Source of the DNA: Vitrella brassicaformis CCMP3155
Taxonomy: Eukaryota > Protista > Chromerida
Assembly: GCA_001179505.1 (NCBI GenBank)
Contig: CDMY01000821.1
Coordinates: 186,001 to 250,000, forward strand
Reading direction: 5' to 3'
Length of the DNA: 64,000 nt
Below, piece after piece: positions 25,776 through 38,868 of this stretch. Position numbers and translations under genes: made by a program. Under the pieces are notes generated by a model. It worked only from the letters and a program-made list of their open reading frames with translations. It did no database searches and had not been told where the DNA came from. Every line of letters begins with the position of its first letter. Position 1 is the stretch's first letter.

Positions 25776-27802
25776 TCACGTAATGTGCGGCTGCCATCGC
25801 CGCAATATCAGCCCTCGGCAGCCCAGCCAATTGGCCGCCGCACTCACCCCTTCCCCATCCTGCATGCCCCCCACTGCTGCACCACCGCCATCTGCCGTCT
25901 CTGTTTTCGTTTCGATGCCCAGCAGTCCCAGAAGGAACGTCAGGTCGGGTGAGGGCGGGTGTGGCAGGGCGGCGGGGGGGATGGGGATGGGGGGCACTTC
26001 ACGGACGACGACAACATCCTGGGGTAGATCAACAGACAGACAGACAGACAACAGAAGGGTGGGTGGCTGGATCCACCCATTGTGAGTCTCTCTGGCTGCT
26101 GAGCTGACCTTGGCCACGCTGACGGCTAGACGGGACCCACACACCACCTCCCTTCAGAAAGAAAGAAGGACACACCGACACAGGTGGATGGATGGACGAA
26201 AAATCGATCCACGGACACACACGTACGATATGCATCCTGACCTCCATGTGGTGGGCTGGGGCTGCGGTTGGGCGTCTCCCTCCCTCTGCTGCTCCTCAGC
26301 GCTCCCCACTGCCATGGTGTCACCACCTCCATCGTTCAGCCTCCGCCGCTTGCTGGACCTCTCGGCCGCCACATCATCATCGCTCATGTCAGGGGCCGGC
26401 CCGCCTTTACCTTCATCATCTGGCTGATGCGGGTGGAGCTGCACCGCATATCTACACGAACACACAAAGAGAGAGAGAGCGAGACCCATATAGAGGAGAG
26501 ATGCCACTCCTGCTTTGTGTTGGTGTGATGGATGTGTGTGCGTTAGTTCACTGGCTGTCTCACTGACTGTGCGTGGACTTTTTCGGGTGTGGATGCGTAG
26601 AGGAGGTAGTTGGCGCCGAACTTCATGCCGCTCTTCACCACCCAGCCCTTCAGACGCAAATACACATAACTGCACACAGCACCACACACACATATACACA
26701 CACATTCGAACACAGCCACACCGATTGGATGCACACAGGTACATGCATACCTCCTGAATGAGAAGGCAAAGCGCAACTGCGACCGGCAAAAGGCCTCGTA
26801 GGCCTCACGGCAAGACATAAATGACGCATCAAGGTTCCCTGCACACACACACACACCCCGATAGATAGACATATGTCAGTCACATAAGTCCCAACCAAGC
26901 AACAAAAGCAGAAAGCGCCCGCCCCACTGACCTCTCAGCCGGACGTCGAAGGGGAAGCTGCCCATCTCGCCCAGCAGCACCAGGTAGAGTGCCTCCTCGG
27001 GGGCCAGGCAGAAGGCCTGCAGGTCGGCGTTGTGCTTGCCGTACCCATTGGCCTTCAGGTAGGCCTCGAACCGCCGAGGGGGCTTGAGGAACAGCACACA
27101 GGGGTGGGCGAAGATGCCCACCACCCTCTCTCTCCTTGACACCAGCTCAGCATCGATTCGATTACCACCAGCGGCAGCAGCAGCAGCAGCAGCAGATCTT
27201 GAGACGTATGACGGGATCCCACTTGGGGTGCTTTCACTGAACTGATAGAGGTAGGCTGAGCGAAAACAGCCAAAAGGGCAGGCAGACAGGGAGTGCGTGT
27301 GGATGCTCCATATCTCCCCTCACCCACCCACCGACCCACCAGTGTCATTCTGTCGCTTGTTCATCTGTGACGACTTGGTCATCCAGTCGTCACACACCAC
27401 CTTGGCCCGACCGCCGCTGATGGACGCCTCTGTCAGCGAATTGTCACGCAGGAAACGAGCAAAACCCTGACACCACGCACCACACGCCACACGCAGCGGG
27501 CCACCACTGTGTGAGCACAGCACTCATTCGCATCTGCCGTAGCCGCACCGCACCTGCGTGCTGAGAGTCCTGGCCACGACGATGTGTGTGATGCTTGGGT
27601 TGAGCTCCTTCGAATCCTCCCGCCCCTCTTCGCCAATCACCGTGCAGGTGATCTCCTGTGCCACCTGTCCGCCCTTCTTCCTCACTCGCTCACTCATCGC
27701 CTTGATCCGCTCCAGGCCCAGGTCGCCCCGCCGCACAAAGTACAGGCAGCAGGAAGAGAAAACCCCCGCAGACGACGAGCAGGACACGGACGACTCAGCC
27801 AT
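25776..27802 (-). CDS. TSEN2: tRNA-splicing endonuclease catalytic subunit SEN2-like with N-terminal BRCT domain
   Basis: SEN2 motifs LAPEEALYL, YVYLRLKGWVVKSGMKFGANYLLY...VHAQYAV, WREVVCGSRLAVSVAK and C-terminal LILRRWQP. BRCT-like N-terminus FSSCCLYFV...GGQV...ITHIVV...VVCDDWMTKS...AYLY is joined in frame. Confidence 0.8.
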
Positions 27803-28045
27803 TGCGAGTTGCAACTGGATGAATAAGAGCTGCCGGATCTTTGACCTCTTCGGCTGCGAATGCCGTGTGGCTGCGTTTCTGGCCTCTTTCCACAAAAGCG
27901 CGCAAAGGATCGCTCCATAGCTCGCAGACGGAGAAGGCGAAAGAGGCGGACTTCAGGAGATCTGTGAAGATCTGTCACCAGTGTGGTCAGTACCGTTCAT
28001 CGCTTTCAACAGATAGTAGACAGACAGGCAGAAGCTGGCGCGACG

Positions 28046-31000
28046 ATGGGTGGGATGACGGAGATGGCGCGGCTGCGGACGGAGGAGAGCAGCAGCGGGG
28101 ACAAACTGACCGGCGGCGGGGGGAGGAAGATGCACTACTACGTCAATGAGAACCCCCCATGGTATGACTGATCGACATGACGGACAACAAACAACCGACA
28201 ACCATGGATCTTTACCTCTCTGACCGTGTGTGTGTGCGTGTGCAGGTACTACGCCATCGTGCTGGGCTTCCAGCATTATCTGACCATGTTTGGCGCGACC
28301 ATCGCCATCCCATTCATGTGAGTGGGCTGACCCGACACACACACACAGCACAGCACGTGTGTGATTGATTCAAGTGGGTGTGAGCGAGAGGCCAGTGAGG
28401 CCTCCCGGCAGATGATGGCATTTGTGCGTGCATGAGCAGTGTACACACACACACATACTGTGATTAGAACCATGTAGCCATTAGCAGGAATGGCACCTGA
28501 TGCACTCATTTAATAACGGTTGCTGCGGGTGTGTCGTCCTGTATCTTGTCCTCTCTGTCATGTTTCTTTCTTTCTCTCTCTCTCTGTGTGTGTGTGTGTA
28601 TACTGTGCAGATTGTCCGATGCCCTCGGCGTGACAGAGCTGAAAGACGTGAGCTGCCTGGCCAGATAACAGAAAGCTCCACTCGTCCATCCATCAGCGGC
28701 ATATCTGTCCGTCTGGCTGTCTGTCTGTCTGTCTGTCTGTCTGCGTGTGTTGCAGAAAGCCCGTTTGATCCAGACCATCTTCTTCTGCAGCGGACTCTGC
28801 ACTCTCCTACAGGGCCTCTTCGGCCTACGGCTGCCTGTGGTCCAGGGCGGCACATTCAGCTTCCTCGCACCGGCCATGGCCATCGCAAACGTACGCAAAG
28901 CAGACCCTCTTCGCTCTTCGCCCCACACCATGCTGTTACCCTGTGTATGTATGCAGCTGCCGGTGTTTGCTGATGCGGGGTGGCGGCCCAAGCTCCTCGA
29001 GATCCAGGGGGCCATCATGGTGGCGGCCCTGTTTGAGGTCATCATGGGTGCGACGGGTCTGGTGGGGATCCTTCTGCGGTTCGTTGGGCCATTGACAATC
29101 GCTCCCACCATCACCATGATCGGCGTGTCGCTTTCTGAGGCGGCGGTGTTGCAGTCGAGTGGGAATCCTGGGATCGCCTTTATGGGTAGGTGACATGGGG
29201 AGGGCAGGGGGGGGGAGGGGCATGAGTACAGGGGCTGATGGATTGTCTATCTGGGTGTGTGCCTGTGTCTGTGTGTGTGGTGTATAGTTGTGGTGCTGCT
29301 GATCGTCTTCTCGCAGTCTGCATGGCTGGGAAAGATCAAGTGAGTGAGTGAGTGAGTGAGTGAGTGGGGCCGCTGGCGGGAAGGAATGAATCCTCCCTCC
29401 TCGCCTGTAATCAATCGCACACAATCGGTTGTGTGTGCTTTGTGTGTGTGTGTGCTTTGTATGTGTGTAGGCTCCGCGTGGGCAATGCCGAGCTGCCTGT
29501 GGTCCACCTGTTCCCGGTGCTGCTGGGGATCCTGATCAGCTGGGGAGTATGCGCGATACTCACAGCCACGGGTGAGTGAGGGATAGAGGCCTTCGATTGG
29601 TTGATTGATGGCTGTGTGGATGTGACGTACATGTGTGTGTGTGTGTGTGTGTTGGGGTGCGTGTGTCTGTTCTTCTGTACCTGTACGTTGGGCTAGATAC
29701 ATTACGTGAGGGCGACGCCGCGCGCACCGACGGCAACCTGGCTGTGCTCAAGACTGTGCCCTGGTTTTACTTCCCCTATCCAGTGAACACACCAGAATAC
29801 ACGAGACATGCACGTGCACATGCATCTCTGTCTGTCTGGGTTTGTGGGTGGGTGGGTGAGTGGGTGGGATGTGTGTGTAGGGTCAGTGGGGGACGCCCAC
29901 TGTGAGCGTGGCTGGTGTCTTTGGGATGCTGGCTGGCGTTCTCGCCGGGATGATCGAGTCCATCGGCGATTACTACGCCATCGCGCGCCTCGCGGACGCA
30001 CCGCCGCCACCCAAGTACACACACGCACGTGCCCATTACGTTGATGTGGATGTGCGCGTGGGTGTCATGACGTCGATGGATAAACAGGACTGCCGTGAAC
30101 CGTGGGATACTGTTTGAGGGCATCGGCTGCATCATTGCCGGTGCATGGGGGTCGGGCAACGGTGAGGACACCACACACACCAAGCGGCACACACAGCACA
30201 GCACGTACCCACACACACTGTCTGTCGGTTTGGCTGGCCGCTGGTTGTGTGCAGGTACGACAACGTATTCTGAGAACAACGGTGCTGTCGGCCTAACGCG
30301 TGTCGCGAGCAGGACTGTCGTCTTGAGCGGGGCGTGCATCATGCTCCTCTTCGGCATCATCGGCAAATTCGGCGGCATCTTCGCAACCATTCCTGGACCG
30401 ATCGTACGCCCCCCCACACACACAGACACACAGACACATTAAGACAACCACACCCACAGTGCCCTGATATGTGGGTGTCGTGTCGGTGTTGTGGATGATC
30501 GGTTGGTTCACTCACTAGGTTGGCGGCGTGTACTGCGTGATGTTTGGGATGATTGTGGGCGTCGGCATCAGCAACCTCCAATACTGCGACCTCAAGTCAG
30601 CGAGGTGCGTTCAGTTCACACACACGGCCACCCCCCCTCCCCTCCCCCATGCACACATAGAATATCTCTCTCTCTCTCTCTCTCTTTGTTTCTTTCTCTG
30701 TTTCTCTCTGTGCAGGAACCTGTTTGTGGTGGGATTCTCCATTCTGATGGCCTTGGTGATCCCCGACTACGTCGATAAAAACCCGAAGAAGTTCGACACC
30801 GGTGTGGCGGAGCTGACACAGATCATCACGGTGCTTCTCTCCACCAACATGGCCGTCGCCGGCATCATCGCTTGCCTCCTCGACAACATCCTCCCAGGTG
30901 AGTCAGTCAGTCAGTCTGTCTGTCTGTCACGGATTGAGGGCGCCACAGCTGCATCCATCTCTTTCTCTCTCTCTCTGTGTGTGGGTGTCTAGGCACTGAC

Positions 31001-31401
31001 GAGGAGCGTGGCATCACGGCGCTGCATGGGGGTGGTGCGGGGGCGAGAGCCGCATCTGAGGTGAGCGAGCGACAACAGGAAAAGGCCACATTGACACCTC
31101 TCTGTGTCTCTTCACATGATTGCTGCATTCAGGAGGAGGTTGCCAAGACGTACAACCCCATCGGCATCGAGGCCATCTATCGGTGAGCCACGCAGACAGA
31201 CAGGCACCACACCGGGCTTGCTGGATGGCGTATATGTTTGCTTCGTGTGTGCGTGCATGCAGTGTGTTTCCGGCGTTTGTGCGTTGGTGTCCGTTCCTGC
31301 CGGTGCCGTACCACGGCAAGGGCGACGACACCGACAAGAACGGGGGCTTGTCCATCTCGCCCACAGAGCCTGACACAAATGACTTGTCGTCGAAGGTCTA
31401 G
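28046..31401 (+). CDS. Nucleobase-ascorbate transporter (NAT/NCS2, SLC23 family), probably nucleobase-specific
   Basis: [73 protein letters not shown] signature [19 protein letters not shown], and [12 protein letters not shown]. Confidence 0.95.
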
Positions 31402-32348
31402 CCTGTCTGTCAGTGAGTCTGTCTGTGAGTCTGTCAGTGAGTCGTCTTATTGGTTGTCGCCGGTTGCGACCGACAGCCGTTCGTTGAGAGAAGACGCCGT
31501 CAGTGTTTTCGTCTTTATTATTATTCAGGCGACCCGTGTGTGTATGTGTGTGATCAGGTCGCCCTTTTTGGCTGAACCTGCCAAGGCAGCTAGCTTTGTG
31601 TGAGTGTGGTCTTCTCCTCTTTCTTTCTCTTTTCCCCTTTCTTTTTCCTTTTTCTTTTTCCTTTTTCTTTTTCCTTTTCCCGTGTTGGTTCCCTGCGTGA
31701 TTGCTTGCCTGAAGAAAAGAATCGGCCCCACGAAGTGACCGACCGACCTATTGGTCAGCCTAGCCTGGTTGGGGCGCGTGTTTGTTCGTTTGTTCGTGTA
31801 AGGAGGTGTATGCTACATGGACGGAGGGAGGGGGGAGCGAGGGAGGGAGGGATTCATTCATACCGTTGCAAGTGCGTACTGGCTGAGAAGCTGAGAATGG
31901 GTGTCTCTGCCTGAGCGGCGAATGAGCAAGCAATAGGTAGGAGTACTTTTATCGGTCCGTGTGTCGGTGTGTCGGTCTTATTGGGCACGGGGGCAATGGA
32001 CCGTAAGCTCCATCCATCTACACGTCCATCAAGAATTTTTACGTCCGTGCCACGCCGCGAGAGTGCCCGGCATGGACATCATGATGTGTGTATCGTGAGT
32101 GCTCACTGCTGTGTGTCGTGGGTGGGAGGGGCGCAACCCCGCCGTTTTTTGAGGCGGGTCGGGTCAGCCTCCCAACCAGACACACGTGTGCGTGTGCATG
32201 TGCCGTGTAAGTGGCGTGCTGTGTGGATACGAGTTGAGAGGAGGATAACTGCGCTGCCTCTGTGTCAGGGCCACGAGTGGAGTGCGTGGGGTCTGAGTTG
32301 TCGTGGCATCTCGAGGAAGATAGATAGTGAGGCTGCATAGCTACGTTT

Positions 32349-32870
32349 ACAAGTCGATCAAGTGAATCAGTGAGTGACCGAGAGAGCGATATGTCATGAT
32401 TTGTTGATTGATTAATTGAGCGAGCGATTGATTTGGTGATCAATCATATGTTATGTCATGTCACATATGATTGATTGTTGATCAACCAATCAATCAATCA
32501 AACAACAAATCACGACCGCCCGCCGATGATGGCTTTACGTATACACAATCAATCAATCAAGCAGAGCAAGATCAATCAATTAACAAATCAATCAACCAAT
32601 CATGACTGGTCGCCCGCCGATGATGGGTTTTCTGGGCTTCTTGATCCTGCTTTGCGACGTTTGACTTGACTGGGGCCGCGGGAAAAGGCGACAAACAAGA
32701 ATGCAAGCATGAATGTAAGCAACAAGAAATGTACAGACACACGAACACATGTCTCTTTCTGAAGCACACGAAGGGTCACGCCAAGCAGACACTGTGTCTT
32801 GCTTTTTGTCTCTTTGATAGGCTGCGACCGTCCCGACTGCCCATCAAACAACAACGGCAACAACACCGCC
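32349..32870. repeat. Dispersed repeat copy 1 (partner about 49609-49960) with (AATC)n expansions
   Basis: Shared blocks such as cgatc..gtgaatca.tgagtgaccgag, gccgatgatgggtttt, gtttgacttgactggggccgcggg, cagacacacgaacacatgtctct and tctttgataggctgc. Confidence 0.85.
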
Positions 32871-33303
32871 GGCGTCGGTGTACATAGATAGCATCTTACC
32901 ATGAAGCACGAAATGCTCCCCTGCCAAGCAAACAAACTGCACATAGGGAGGGAGGGAGGGAGGGATGGGCCATTGACGTGATTTGTTGATTGTGTTCGGG
33001 TGGGTCACATACTCACGTCGCACTGGGAGCCTGGACAGCCAACCTGCACAGAGACAGAGAGACAGAGAGACAGACAGAGGGAGGGGTGGGCGTGTGTGTG
33101 TGTGGATGCCTCACCCACACATCCGTGAGTGTACCCATGCGCCCGGCAACGTCTTCTGTTGGGTGTGCGATGCAGTGAGCACAATCGCCATCAGATATAG
33201 AATGTAGGCAGCAATCTTCTGTCCGTCGGGCCCCTCGCACCACCTGTACCATACCCACAAGACACATCACACAACACACATCAAGTGTTATTGGCTGACT
33301 CAC

Positions 33304-35926
33304 TCACTTGCTGTCCTCAACAAACGTCGGAGAGTTGATGCATCCTCGTATGTGCGACGTACCGGTCATGACACTGTGGCAGTATGTGTCGATGCGCTTG
33401 TATAGGTCCTTGCAGCCTGGGCCGGCGTCGATGTGGCCCGGCACAATGTCCTCGAAGAAGCTCAGGGCCAAGAGGGAGAGTCTGGGGCCAATGAACACGG
33501 GGCTCCTCAATGGCTTTCTTGGCCTTCGTCTTCGCGCGCTCGATGCATCCCTGGTAGAGCTCGACCACCGCCTGTCGCGTTGTGAAGCTGCCGAACGAGC
33601 ACCCCTTGCTCAGGCGGGTCATGTCGGCCTTCTGCGCAGTGTACCAGGCGATGGCGGCTGTCTTGTACTTGGGGTCGGCGTCGGAGGGCATGGCAAGCAG
33701 GAGGACGGCCCATGCGGCACAGACGATGTCGCTGGCGAAGCCGATGTCCTCCTGCTGCCGCTCCTCGACCTTGGCCATGAGATTGCCGATCGTCATGCAG
33801 GGCGCGTTTGGGTGGCAGCGAAGGGGAGGCTGCGGGGGCGGGGGAGACCCATCCGGGGATGTCACGCAGCGTGACATCTCCATGTCGATGAGAAGGACTT
33901 CCCCCATCCGTCGGTCGGCGACCAGCACATTCTCGATCGACATCCGTGAAAGCAGGTTGACACCCATTGCGGCCTTGACACGCGCATCGACGACATTTGG
34001 CGCCGCACAAACCGACCGCAGCTTCTCCCCTCCAAAGCCATCTGCATCACACCGCACCACACAACACATGAAGATATGCGCCACTCCTCCCTTGGCACTT
34101 CATTTCTTTTTCCATTCGCTTACCAGCACTAACCTTCTCCATGAGAATGCACAGCCCCCTCTCATACTCAGCCGTCGCCCCTCCCTCGGTAAGTTCCACC
34201 AACGCTGTCGGGCGCAGCTCGGGCACATCAGCCACATCGGCGAGTATCCGGGGGGCGATCTGCTCGGTCCCGGTGTGGCGATCAGGCAGCGCCGTCAGCT
34301 GCAGCTGGGCATCCTGCAGGGCCGCGTTCTCCCCAGCCCATTGCTGCAGCTCCCGCAGCCTCTCTGCCTCAATGGCGAGGCCATCAACCAGCAGCGCCGC
34401 CCTCCCCATATCCCCGCCCTTCTTCCACAGCTCCCTCGCCACACTCTTGCGCACCACCGGCACGGGCACGTGGCCCGGTAATGTGCCAGGGCACACGTCG
34501 CACTCCCCGCGACCTCCCTCCTCTCCTGTGAACGGCTCGCCCAGGACCACCGACCTCACCAGCTCGGTGGGGTCACTGTCGTCGGTGCTGCTGGTGGGCC
34601 GGTCGCCGTCGTCGTGCGAGTGAGAGGTGGCGGCTGTGATGGGAGAGGCGGGCTCTGGGGCGGTGGTGGCGGTGGTTTCGGATGGAGCAGCCGCCGGTGC
34701 GTTGGGCGAGGACGGGGGCGGCGCCAGAGGGGATGGGTCGGTGGGGCTGTGGCTGTCAGAGGGGCTCCTCTGCAGGGGTTTGGGAGGGGGAGGGCCGCTG
34801 ACAACGTCGTCGTCAGTGATCTCCATGGGCGCCCCAGCGCTGTTGCCTGCGATGGCGATGGCGTTGGCGTTGCTGGCAGATGCAGATGCAGAGATTGCTG
34901 GAATGACGTTGGCCGCCGGCGATTGGTCGGGTGGTGGTGACATGGGAGAGGGGGAGGGACAGGGGGAAGGCGTCAATGCCGTTGTTCTCGGTCTCTTCTT
35001 TCTTGCATACCACACCATCGATATCCGCCGCTGCACCTCAGGCAGTGTGAGGTGAGCTGCCGCCTCCTGACGAGACACTATCTTCGGCGCTGCCGCATCG
35101 TCCCCAATGGCCCACGTCTCTTTGTTGTCAGAGCACTTGGCCAGTGCCGCACAGTGGCCGCCATTGACCACCTCGTGTCCGTTGTCGTCCCTGTCAAGGT
35201 GGTGGAACTGGACGGCGAATAGCTCGAAAGGGATGGAACTGGTGACAGTGGGCAGCTCAAGCGTCATGGGGGCCGAGATGCGAAGGGGGCTGGGGTATTG
35301 ACGGTCTATCGTCCCCCAGTTGGTGTAGTGGCACTGTGCGCGCTTCACCGACAGCGCCAGGACGTCCGCCGCATCGTACATCTGCTGTCTGCAATATAAC
35401 CAAAGGAAACAAGCAATGGATGGATGAATGGCTGGATGAATGGATAAACATCGATGGATTTGTGTCATAGGAGCACCCCGTCTTACTTGTATGTGATGCG
35501 ACCTCCGCAGCCAGAGCACGGGCGCTGGCCTTCGGGCTTATCATCTTGCAGCAAGGTCGCCTGGATGACCTCCGTGAGGTCCCACTCCTTGGACAGATCC
35601 ATCACGTCAGTCACACCAATTTCCACCACCCTCTCCGTAGCGCCAACAGCTTCCCTGCCCTCGCCACACTGACACACCTTCTTCCTCAGAAGGGCACATC
35701 CAAACACCGCCCCAAATCGGCTCTCCTCCGAGACACCAGCCGCCGACTCCTCACATTCGATGATGTGCAGGAGAGCACGGAGTGTCTCAGCGGTGTCCTG
35801 TTGGCGCCGCACATCGAGGTCGTAGTCGCCGCCCCAAAAATCGCCACGCGGCTTTTGAAGATGCGAGAGCAGCGGCGTCATATCGAGGAGAGGGGCGCCC
35901 TGGCCGGTCGATGACGCGACGTTGAG
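33304..35926 (-). CDS. Chimeric ORF: USP C-terminal half (no Cys box) + Pro/Ser linker + kinase-like (pseudokinase) domain; possibly a pseudogene
   Basis: The 490-aa ORF 34047-35519 runs from the USP His box into LGEPFTGEEGGRGECDV...VVRK...IEAERLREL...LCILMEK. A phase-1 intron joins it to LSRMSIENVLV...VLLIDMEMSR. There is an apparent frameshift near 33510. Confidence 0.6.
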
Positions 35927-35939
35927 GAAAAACTTCATT

Positions 35940-37186
35940 CATACACAACACAACACACAAGACACAACACACAGGGGTGAGGGGGAGGAGAGGGGGGGAA
36001 GCGGCGCGTGTGGTGTGGTGTGTGTGGTGGTGTCACCGTGCGCCCTGCAGTCACTCTTCCGTCTGCCCAGCAGCGACATCCCTGGAGGTGACGGCGGCGT
36101 ACCTGCGCGTGACACCGGTGATCGGGTTTGTCGGTGATGGGATTCGAATTGAAGTGATAGACGAATGGAATGCAGTGTCGTCAACTATAGAAGAAACAAA
36201 CAAATGCAGATACAAACACTCAGTCCCCGCCTTCCTCCTGTTCTTTCCGCATTGACCTTCCTGGTCCTTGTCAAGACTCTTTGGTCGTCTTCCTCTCCCT
36301 GGCCAGCGACAACACCTCCCACACCTCTTCAGACTCCCACACCTCGACAGGTTCTTGAGCAGCTGTTGAGTCTCACTCCGCATTACGATGAAGCTGAAGG
36401 CTGAGGTTAGGCCAACGAGTACAGGGATGTATACGAGACTGGTCGCTCTTTCGTCGAGGAAGGACCGCCCAGACGCCGCTGTCACAATCGCGCAGACGAT
36501 GAACAGGTGTGGGTGTGGGTGTGTGGGCCTGGTAGGTGTGTGGGTAGTTGTTGTAGGCTGATTACTCAGCCTTCTTGGTGTCGGTGGCGGGGGCAAACAG
36601 CTCGTCCCACTGAACGCAACATACCACAACACAACACAACACACAAGACACAACACACAGGGGTGAGGGGGAGGACAGGGGGAGAAGGGGCGCGTGTGGT
36701 GTGGTGTGTGTGGTGGTGTCACCGTGCACCCTGCAGTCAATCTTCCGTCTGCCCAGCAGCCTGGGCGTGCCTGGGCGTGACGGCGTGCCTGGGCGTGACA
36801 CCGGTGATCGGGTTTGTTGGTGATGGGATTCGTTCTGAAGGGATGGACGAAGGGGATGCAGTGTCGTCAACTATAGAAGAAACAAACAAATGCAGATACA
36901 AACACTCAGTGCCCGCCTTCCTGTTCTTTCTGCATTGACCTTGGTCCTTGTCACGACTCTTTCCTCGTCTTCCTCTCCCTGGCCAGCGACAACACCTCCC
37001 ACACCTCTTCAAACTCCCACACCTCGACAGGTTCTTGAGCAGCTGTTGAGTCTCACGCCGCAGTACGACGAAGCTGAAGGTTAGTGTTATGGCAGCGAGT
37101 GAAGTGACCGCTACGACACAAATGCTGTGTCTGTGCCGGGGAGGGAGGACCGCCCAGACAACGCTGTCACAATCGCGCAGACGATG
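35940..37186 (-). repeat. About 690-bp tandem duplication encoding a small Cys-rich membrane module
   Basis: Units at about 35940-36501 and 36630-37186 share IVCAIVTA.SGRS...FSF.V.R.ETQQLLKNLSRCGSLKRCGRCCRWPGRGRR and their introns. Confidence 0.85.
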
Positions 37187-38125
37187 TACACGACGCACAC
37201 CACGAAGACGACCAAGGACAGCGGGGTGAGCACGGCCACGAATACTCCAGGCCAGCCCTACCACACACCACACACACGCGGACTCACCAACACACCTGCT
37301 TGCCCGTCATCTCGCCACTTTCAGCTTACCACCTCTTGCTCGGCGGGCAGCGTCTGTTGCACCGGCGTCTGGTGCACTTGTTGTCTGTCGAGCTGAGCTG
37401 GCGGCGGCTGTTGCACCAGCGTCTGGTGCACCTATTGTTGGCCAGACAGGGTAAGCCGAGCATTCTCTTTCTCCCAGCATTGGCGGATGATGTCGGCGAT
37501 TTGGGCGGCAGAGTGTGAGCTTGGTGGGCTCCTCAAAGTGGTACTCGATTCTCATCTCCATTGCCCGATACTGCAGCTCACATGGATCTCCCGAAATGAA
37601 AGGGCCCTGGGCAAGACGTCGATGACCTGCTGCACCAGCTGCAAGAACACAAGGCCTTCTGCGGCCTGCCTCCTCTCTGCCAGGTCGAATGCGCGAATCT
37701 GCCGGCTAGAAACGTTTTCCTCTCAAAAAAGAATCGTATTCTCGCCGTCTCAGACTTCTCGACGGAGAAAGAGGGAGAGATGAGTTGTTTCTTGTTTGTG
37801 TGCGAGACTGACCGATCTGCCTGCCTGCCTGTATATGTGTGTGTGTTTGTGTGAGACGGCTTAGCGTGTTGCCCTTGGGCGAGTAGGACGGCTGCGTCTC
37901 GGTGTTCGTGGACAGACAGATTCATGACTTGGCTGAACGAATATCATCTCTGGCTGCTCACATAACTCAACCACTCAAGACAGGCACCGCAAAGTCAGCG
38001 AGACAGGGACACATCCACATCCCAACGTCGCTCATGGCAGTAGGCCAACCGCCTTATTTCCAGTCCAAGTGACCTCAAGAGCTGCCGCACGGCGGCCACC
38101 GTGACAGGGAATCGCTCACCGACCG

Positions 38126-38868
38126 TCACCCCATTCGCCACCACCGCCTCGCTCGTCCTGACCACGGTTTGCCCTTCATCGAGAGATACTGACGCCACGA
38201 CAGAGCCGCCACCCAGTAGCAGCACCACAACCCGTATTGGTGCATGAAGAGCTGGTGGTCGGCCTTCACTCCGCCATTCAACTCGCAAATCGATGACGAA
38301 CGTGTCAGATTTGCCGCTGAGGTCATTCCGCCGCAGGGCACGATAGCCAGCATGACGCAACCCACTGTCACATCGAGGACGACATTCATGCCGCGGCGAT
38401 AATCGACCCGCCGATAACCTGAAGCAACCCGAGGGCAAACTCGCTGAAGAAGCGGTAGACATGGGGGGTCGACAAGTCACAGCTGACGGGTGGGTCAGTG
38501 TCTCGACAGGTCCGACGAATGAATGGATGCAAGTGCCACAGCTCATCACGCTCGATGACGCGGAACCGCCTCTCTCCAAGACGATACCACTGGGCTTGCC
38601 ATCCGATCCGGGCCACAAGAAGAATGAGCGCGCCAAACAAGATGCTAACCACCAAGGCAGCGACCCAGCACAATATGGCCCAGCCCGAGAGCCGGCCACT
38701 GCGGACGCCTTGGTAGGAATCCAACGTGCCGGCCAAAAAAAGCCAAGCGCACCCCAGCAGATAGAATAAGTAAACGGCTGCAGTCAGGAGTTGCAACCGC
38801 GACAAAGGTCCCAGCTCTGCCTGTGGGTCAGCGCCGTAGACATGGCCAAGTATCTGGTCAACGGCCAT
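38126..38868 (-). pseudogene. Hydrophobic (multi-TM) ORF broken by a frameshift, unknown family
   Basis: ORF 38386-38868 has several TM-like stretches, and hydrophobic coding-like sequence continues in another frame (38126-38389). Confidence 0.3.

Noticed and set aside
28046-31401. NAT transporter as an ascorbate carrier or unusual variant
   Set aside because: The signature begins with E ([10 protein letters not shown]), typical of nucleobase-transporting members. It is an ordinary gene.
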